From Alphaproteobacteria bacterium (GTDB taxonomy: Bacteria > Pseudomonadota > Alphaproteobacteria > UBA9219), in NCBI GenBank assembly GCA_033763555.1, contig JANRKK010000009.1, positions 732 to 64,731 on the forward strand: 64,000 nt of DNA, written 5' to 3'. Positions within the stretch are counted from its first letter, which is position 1; the number at the start of each line of letters is the position of its first letter. Position numbers and translations under genes: made by a program. The notes under the pieces are model-generated. The model saw only the letters and a program-made list of their open reading frames with translations. It had not been told where the DNA came from and did no database searches. Of the stretch, positions 56,201 to 64,000 are shown one piece after another.

Positions 56201-59132
56201 CATTCTCCCGCGCGATGCGAACAGAGTCCGGGTCGAGATCGACGCCGATGGCGCGTCCCCTGTGACATGCCTGCGCCCAGGCCATCGCCAGAATGCCGGA
56301 GCCGCAACCGACATCCAGCATGCGTTCGATATCCCGGGTGGGCTTTTTCTTTTTGAGGATATGATCAAGCATCAGGAGACAGCCGCGCGTTGTCGGATGC
56401 TCGCCCGTGCCGAAGGCGCTGGCAGCGTCGATCTGGAGAGCCATGCGGCGGTCCGGCACGGATTTGCGATGCTGCGCGCCGTGAATCGTCCAGCGCCCGG
56501 CTTTCAGTGGCGGGAAGTCGCCCGCCACCTTCCGCAGCCAGTCGAGCTTCGGCACCTGCCGGATATGGAATTTGGGCGGTCTGGATTTGTGAAGGGCAGC
56601 GGCCACGGCCAACTGGGCCGTCAGGACGGCGCGGTCGGGCTCTTCGACGTAGAGGGCTTCAATTCGCGCCTTGCGGCTGCGCGGTGGAGCCAGAATTGTT
56701 AACGCTAGCGTCTCGCCGAGGGCATCGGCCAGCGCCTCGGCTCGTTCCGGCGAGGTGGTGATATCGACAGCCCAGAGGGTTGGCGGGGAACGCATCCGGG
56801 CTTTGTAGGGCAAAAAGGCCCGTCGAGGCTAGCCGTTAGACCTCAAGCTCTGGCCAGTAGAGTACCCAGGTCGCATTGTTGTGGGCCAGCGGGCGGAACC
56901 AGCCGAAATCAGGGGCGTGCTCTTCCTGCGGATGGCCATCGCTGGGGTTGATGATGCCGAGGATAGAGGAAAAGAACCCGTCATAGGTGCCGGATTCGAT
57001 GGCCTGGGCCGGAAGGGTGGCTTCCATGGCGCTCAGGCGGAACAGGACGATGGTAAGGTCGCGGGCGAAACCGTCTTCCCGCATCAGGGGCGTACGCTTC
57101 AGATAGTCGACAAAGCGGTCTAAACGGCCCTTTTCTTGGGTCTCGAGCCTGTAGTGCGGCATGTTTTCTCCCCGAAGCTGGGTGAAAGAAAAACGCGATT
57201 CGACTACGAGCGATTTTGATTCAGAAATATTTACCGTCAATTAATTTTCATGCCCGCAGCGCGCGCGGACTCAGAAACCTGTCGAGGCGTTGCGAAAATA
57301 ACTCAGTGAGCGCGGCGCGGCTCAGCCCATGAAGTCGGGCAACCAACTCTCATGCGCGGCGCGGAGTGCGGCGAGTTCGAGCTTCGCGCCATCCTTCAGC
57401 GCGATGGCGCTGCCGCCCGTCTGGCCGATGCGCGCGAGCGGCACGGAGGCCGATTTGGCCTTTTGTTCCAGCGCTTCCGGCTGCTTCGTCGTGACGACAT
57501 AACGGCCCTGATCCTCCCCGAACCAGAAGCCGCCATCGGCGGATTCCGAGGTCAGCGAGCAGCCCAGATTTCCGGCCAGCGCCATCTCGGCCAGAGCCAC
57601 CAGCAGGCCGCCATCGGCGATGTCGTGGCAGGCGGTGATCTGGGTTTCGGCGATCAGGCCGCGGACAAATTCGCCATGCTTTCGCTCGACGGCCAGGTCG
57701 ACAGGCGGAGGTGGGCCTTCCTCGCACCCATGGATTTCCCGCAAGTAAAGCGACTGGCCGATATGGGATTTACTTGCACCGATGACGAAAATTGTCTCGC
57801 CTTCGGTCTTGAAGGCGGTGTTAACGGTTTTGGCAACATCGTCGAGCAGGCCGACGCCACCGATGACGGGCGCAGGATTGATCGGGCTGCCGTTGGTTTC
57901 ATTGTAAAGGCTGCAATTACCGGAGACGACCGGATAGTCGAGGGCGATGCAGGCTTCCTTGATGCCCTGCACCGCGCCGACGAACTGGCCCATGATGTGC
58001 GGCTTTTCCGGATTGCCGAAATTCATATTGTCGGTGATGGCGAGCGGCTTCGCCCCCACGGCGCAGAGATTGCGCCAGGTCTCCGCCACCGCCTGTTTCC
58101 CGCCCGTGACCGGGTCGGCGAGGCAGTAGCGGGGCGTGCAATCGACCACCATAGCCAGCGCCTTCCGTGTATCGCGGATACGAACGACGGCGGCATCGCC
58201 GCCCGGGCCCTGCGCGGTGTCGGAGCCGACAAGACTGTCATACTGATCCCAGATCCAGCGGCGGGAGCAGAGGTCGGGGCAGGCCATCAGCTTCTGCAGA
58301 ATCGTCAGCGGCGTCTCGCCCTTCGGCAGCGGATATTGGCTGGCAGCGATGGCGGGTTGCGGCGCGGTGGGTTCCCACGGGCGGTTGTAAAGCGGCGATT
58401 GATCGACCAAGGGACCGACGGGGATATCCACCTCGGTCTTGCCGCCCTGCTTGCAGACAAGGTGGCCCGTGTCGGTCAGTTTGCCGATAACGGCGAAATC
58501 CAGCCCCCACTTATGGAAGATGCGTTCAGCTTCGGCTTCACGGCCGGGCTTTAGCACCATCAGCATGCGCTCCTGGCTTTCGGACAGCATGATTTCATAG
58601 GCACTCATGCCCGTCTCGCGCAGCGGCACCTTGTCGAGGTCGATTTCGATACCGAGATTGCCCTTGGACGCCATTTCGACGGAGGAAGAGGTCATGCCCG
58701 CCGCGCCCATATCCTGAATGGAGACAATCATATCAGTATTCATGAGTTCGAGGCAGGCTTCGATCAGCAGTTTTTCCGTGAAGGGGTCGCCGACCTGCAC
58801 AGTGGGGCGCTTGGATTCGGCGTCGGCGTTGAACTCGCTCGACGACATGGTGGCGCCCTTGATGCCGTCACGGCCGGTCTTGGAGCCGACATAAACCACC
58901 GGATTGCCGATGCCCGCCGCTGCGGAATAGAAGATTTTATTGCTGTCGGCGAGGCCGACGGTCATGGCGTTCACAAGGCAGTTGCCGTTATAGCTGGGGT
59001 GGAAGTTGGTTTCGCCACCCACCGTCGGCACGCCGACGCAGTTGCCATAGCCGCCAATGCCCGACACCACGCCTGCGACCAGGGATTTGGTTTTGGGATG
59101 TTTCGGGTCACCGAAACGCAAGGCATTAAGGT

Positions 59133-59169
<37 letters not shown>

Positions 59170-62100
59170 CAGGATGCCACCAACGCCCGTCGCCGCGCCT
59201 TGATAGGGTTCGATGTAGGAAGGGTGGTTGTGGCTTTCGATCTTGAAGATCGCCGCCTGACCGTCGCCAATATCGATAACGCCAGCATTCTCACCGGGGC
59301 CGCAGATGACATGCGCCGCCTTGGTTGGCAACTGCTTCAGCCAGACGCGGGTGGATTTGTAGGAGCAATGTTCAGACCACATGGCAGCAGCGACGCCGAA
59401 TTCGGCGAGCGTCGGCTCGCGACCCAGAACGCCGAGCAGGACGTCATATTCCTCGCGCGTCATGCCGTGGTCGGCCAGCAGCTGGTTCAGGCCGGGTTTT
59501 TCGCTAGAGGTTTTTTGAGCGGCAAGGGACATTTAGTTCCTGTCAAAGCTTTGATTTATAGGATGTAACAAGCTGCTCATAGGCTTTCATTGCCTTTTCT
59601 ATGCCAGCGCGGGAGTGCGAACTTAAAGTGAAAACCAAAAAATATTCATCCTCTTCTGTGCCGTACCCAAGGGCTTTTTCTTCACCGTAGCCAACTCTTT
59701 CCCATACCCCTTCTTTTTGTGGCGAGAAAAGGAAAGTCCTAATTTTCTGACCATCCGCTGTTGTTAGGGATTCGCTTTTTACGACTGAAGCATCCGAAAA
59801 AGATTTCAAGTCATTCTGTATGAACTCCTCCAAGGTCTTGCTTTCCGGTACGCGTGGTTTGTAGGGAGCATCTACATACATGACAGTTTCCGCATCAGAA
59901 AATGTAAAACCATCTGGCGCTAGGGCATTGAAGCTATAATGGTGGCTGGAATCTTCATCATGATGCCAGCCTGCGGGTGGAGACAGGGCAGGCCACCAAT
60001 ATAACGTGAGAACCCCTTTCTCATTCATGACAGCGTTTTTTTCCATTTCGGCATGTGCAGAAAAAGGTAGGGCGAATATGGTCAGAAGTATGAAGAAAAA
60101 TACGGATAATTTTTTCATTGCATCGCGCTCACGACACTGTCGAACAGCACATTGCCATCCATGCTGCCATGCAGCGGCTCCACCGCGTTTTCCGGGTGCG
60201 GCATCATGCCCAGCACATTGCGGTTCTTGTTGAAGATGCCAGCGATGTCCTTGACCGAGCCGTTGGGATTCTCGCGGTAACGGAAGGCAATCTGCCGATT
60301 GTCTTCCAGTGCCTTCACCTGATCCGGCTCGGCGAAATAATTGCCGTCGCCATGGGCGATGATGACATTCATGTCCTGCCCCGGCTTGCAGCGGCGGGTG
60401 AAATCGCTGTCATTGTTTTCGACTCGCAGCGTCACGCGGCGGCAGATGAATTTCAGGCTGGCATTGCGGAGCAAAATGCCGGGCAGTAGCTGCGTTTCGC
60501 ACAAAATTTGGAAGCCGTTGCAGATACCCCAGACGCGCGTGCCTTTTTTCGCGCGGTCGATCACCTCGCGCATGATCGGCGAATGCGCAGCCATGGCGCC
60601 TGTACGCAGATAATCGCCGTAGGAAAAACCGCCGGGCAGGACGATGAGGTCGGCCTTGGGAAGTTCGCTGTCGCCGTGCCAGACCATTTTCGGTTTTTTC
60701 CCGGTGGCGCGTTCCAGCGCCATGGCGGCGTCGCGCTCGCGGTTCGTGCCTGGAAAAACGATAATGGCGGCCTGCATTTTCGGAAGAATCTCCACGCCTT
60801 GAAATTGGACTGCAATCTAGGGCGCGAAAGGCCGCGAGGCAAGAAATTCCGGCCCTTTGAAACAGGCCCGGAATCGCTATTTTTTGCCGAGAATATCCTT
60901 CACCTTGTCGATGAAGCTCTGGCTTTCGGGACTGGTTTTATGGCTGTCGCCGTCTTCGGCGAATTCCTTCAGCAGCTCTTTCTGGCGTTTGGACAGATGC
61001 ACGGGCGTTTCGACCGCCAGTTCGACATAGAGATCGCCGCGCGAGGTGCTGCGCAGCACCGACATACCCCTCTGCCGGATGCGGGTGCGATGGCCGGATT
61101 GCGTGCCGGAATCGACTTTGACATCAGCCATGCTGCCATCGATGGTCGGAACCTCGATGGTGCCACCCAGCGCCGCAATGGTCATGGGAATGGGAACGCG
61201 GCAGAACAAATTCGCGCCGTCGCGCTGGAAGATCGGATGCTGCTCAACGCCGAGGATGACATAAAGATCGCCCGTATGCCCGCCGCGCATGCCTGCTTCG
61301 CCTTCGCCCGCCAGGCGGATGCGTGTGCCATCCTCGACGCCCGGCGGAATGACGACTGATAAGTTACGTTCTTTGCGCACGCGCCCAGCGCCCGAACATT
61401 TCTTGCAAGGGTTCTGGATGATGCGGCCGCCACCCTGGCAGCTGGGGCAGGTGCGCTCAATCGTGAAGAAGCCCTGCTGCGCCCGCACGCGGCCGACGCC
61501 TTTGCACATGGGGCATTCAACGGGCGATGTACCTGCCGCCGCGCCCTGGCCTTTGCAATCATCGCAGGCAATGGAACGCGGTACGGTGATGGGTTTTTCG
61601 GTGCCGCGGAAGGCTTCTTCCAGCGTGACTTCCATATCGTAACGCAGATCGTCACCGCGCTGTGCGCCTTGTGGGTTGCCGCCGCGTCCGCGACCGCCGC
61701 CCAGAATCTCGCCGAACATCTCATCGAAAATATCGGCAAAGCCCGAACTGAATTCAAAACCGCCTGCACCAAAGCCCGCGCCACCGCCCTGCTGGAAGGC
61801 GGCATGGCCGAAACGGTCATAGGCGGCGCGGCGCTGGTCATCGCGCAACACTTCATAGGCTTCGCAGATTTCCTTGAATTTATGCTCGGCGTCCTTGTTG
61901 CCGTGATTGCGGTCGGGATGATGTTCCATCGCCAGTTTGCGATAGGCTTTCTTAATATCGTCGGGTCTGCAGTTGCGCACGAGGCCAAGGAGTTCGTAAT
62001 AATCGGTTTTCATTGTCAGATCATAATGTTGCCGGGCCGCTGGGGCCGATTCCGCCTGCCTCTTATGTAAGGTGCTTCGCGGTTTATGCAAGCCTGATGC

Positions 62101-64000
62101 GGCTTTAGGCCAGCGGAAGCTTAACGCGGCCCGAAAAGGGCGGTGCCGATACGCACTTCCGTGGCACCGCAGGCGATGGCGGCCTCGAAATCCCCGCTCA
62201 TCCCCAGGCTGAGATGAGGGAGTTTGTGGGTGTCCGCCAGCTGCTTCATCTGCTGGAAAAAAGGCATGGGATCGGCATGTTGTGGTGGCAAGGCCATCAG
62301 ACCCGTAACATTCAGCCCGCAACTGTCGCGGCAAAAACCAAGAAAATCGCCGAGCATTTCGGGTGCGATACCGGATTTCTGCAACTCACCGCCAATATTC
62401 ACCTCGATATAGCATTCCGGATTGCGGCCGGTTTTTTTGATGGCTTCCGACAGCGCGGCGGCGAGGCGCGGGCGGTCGAGCGTCTCAATCACATCGAACA
62501 GCTGCACGGCATCCTCAGCCTTGTTGGTTTGCAAAGAACCGATCATGTGGAGTTTGAGGTCGGGATGCGCCGCGCGTAGTGCCGGGTATTTTGCTTGTGC
62601 TTCCTGCACGCGGTTTTCACCGAACACTTTATGCCCGGCATCCAGTGCCGCACGAATATCTGCTTCGTCTTTCGCCTTGCTCACGGCGACAAGCTTGATG
62701 GAATTCGGATTTCGTTCGGCCTTGCGCGCGGCATCACTGATGCGCTGGCGGATGGTTTGGAGATTTCGGGGGAAGAGGGGCATCGTATTAGAGCTTGGGG
62801 GGTCCTTGGATGTTATGTCGTTTCAAAAAATCAGCAAATGATTCAACCACATTTGAGATAGCAAACATGTGAAAAAATTGACAAATCCCCCATAAATCCT
62901 GATGAGATAATGTTAGCTTTTCTCCTTCTGTAAACGTGCGTTCACATTCAATAACCTTTAAAACTATATTTCCACCGCCCTCTATAGTTTTGTTCCGCAA
63001 TTCATAAAGAGTACGTTCTCTATCAGAGTTCAGTTCCTTCACTAATAGGTCAAGTGCCAACCATTTTACTACAAGAGCGTTTTCTGTATTAAACCGTTTG
63101 CTCATAACGATCCCTAAGTCATGAGTGAGACAATTGCGGACTTGGTAAAAATCAGATATTTTAGATGCGTGCTTTGTATCAATATTAAAATGAGTTTTGA
63201 GCCACTCTAATTTTTTACCAATGCCAAATCCTCTAAACTTAGCATGTGTCTTCTTGGGGTTTAAATCTTTAAGCTCATTTCTTGTTTGTAAAACTAAAAG
63301 AGAATAGTTGTGGATGTGATCAAGAAATAAAGAATAATATTCCAGAATCTCTCTTAAGCCACATCCCGTTATCCATGTAGCAAATTCTTGTTTGAACCTT
63401 GTAATTGCCCCAGGGGGCGCGTTTTCTTGTATAAATTCTACAGGTATTGCTGCGCGGTTCTGAATTACAGGCAGTTTACTAAGTTCGTAATCCACGAAAT
63501 CTTCTCTATGAGCGGCATTTAAGCCCAATCCCATAAAAACAGCGGCGCGTCGTACACCTCTATCTGCAATGCCTCTTAAGTGATCGAGATCGATATTTAC
63601 AGTCTGCATCAGAGTTTGAGTAAATTTTGAGAGAGTTAAGCAAGCAAAAAATTTGCTCGTGTGTAGTCAGGCTAGCGTATTTATAGCGTGGAAAGTAAAA
63701 CCTTAAATGGTGGAGCCAAGGGGGATCGAACCCCTGACCTCGACAATGCCATTGTCGCGCTCTCCCAGCTGAGCTATGGCCCCTGTTCCTTGCGGAAGGT
63801 CGCCAAAATGGTCGAAACCCGCCCAAAAGACAAGGGGTATCCTAGGCCGCTGCCTCAGGGCCTTGCACCGCTTCGGCTTGCTGCGTAGGCAGCCAGCAGC
63901 TGATCCGCGTACCCTGGTTAACTTCGCTGGCGATCTCGATGCGCCCGCCATGCAGCTCGACAAAGCTTTTGACGAGGCTGAGACCCAACCCTGCCCCGCC

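Overview
This window looks like alphaproteobacterial chromosome, high G+C by eye. It is dominated by conserved housekeeping genes: rpsA 3' end, ihfB, pyrF, trpF, tgt, the giant NAD-glutamate dehydrogenase, a large acyl-CoA dehydrogenase, mscL, trxB, ilvE, recJ, an amino-acid-type ABC importer, kdpD, hisS, lpxC, ftsZ, pyk, acnA, rseP, bamA, trpE, thrS, pepP, prmA, purL/purQ, dnaJ and yggS. There are also two tRNA genes, CAU and Ala-GGC. About ten short, visibly AT-richer islets sit between these core genes, and each carries one or two orphan genes. I found no CRISPR array, rRNA, transposase or integrase. The observations I rate highest are these. (1) A tandem pair of secreted genes (26.0-30.7 kb) shares a HAF-like N-domain, a Thr/Pro stalk and a dockerin-like C-terminal module. 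Each copy also has a duplicated ~190-bp upstream region carrying a TTAACCAT (CtrA-type) motif at fixed spacing from TATAGT. (2) An ~0.9-kb orphan-gene insert at the 3' end of thrS is bracketed by a 24-bp direct repeat that preserves a relic thrS C-terminus plus stop codon. (3) A low-GC 273-aa gene next to tRNA-Ala carries an R-N-x3-H (HEPN-like) motif. (4) Two paralogous 194-aa orphans flank an mscL that has a CPxC...CPxC tail. (5) An ArsC/LMW-PTP homolog has all three catalytic cysteines replaced by Ser. (6) acnA carries a single-nucleotide-type frameshift. (7) Nine GANTC (CcrM) sites lie within 237 bp upstream of an ftsZ that has lost its ftsQ/ftsA neighbours. (8) A 21-aa Lys-rich sORF follows the tRNA(CAU). 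All functional calls rest on reading the translations and on recalled family signatures. No database search or computation was run. Start codons different from the ORF track are my inferences.
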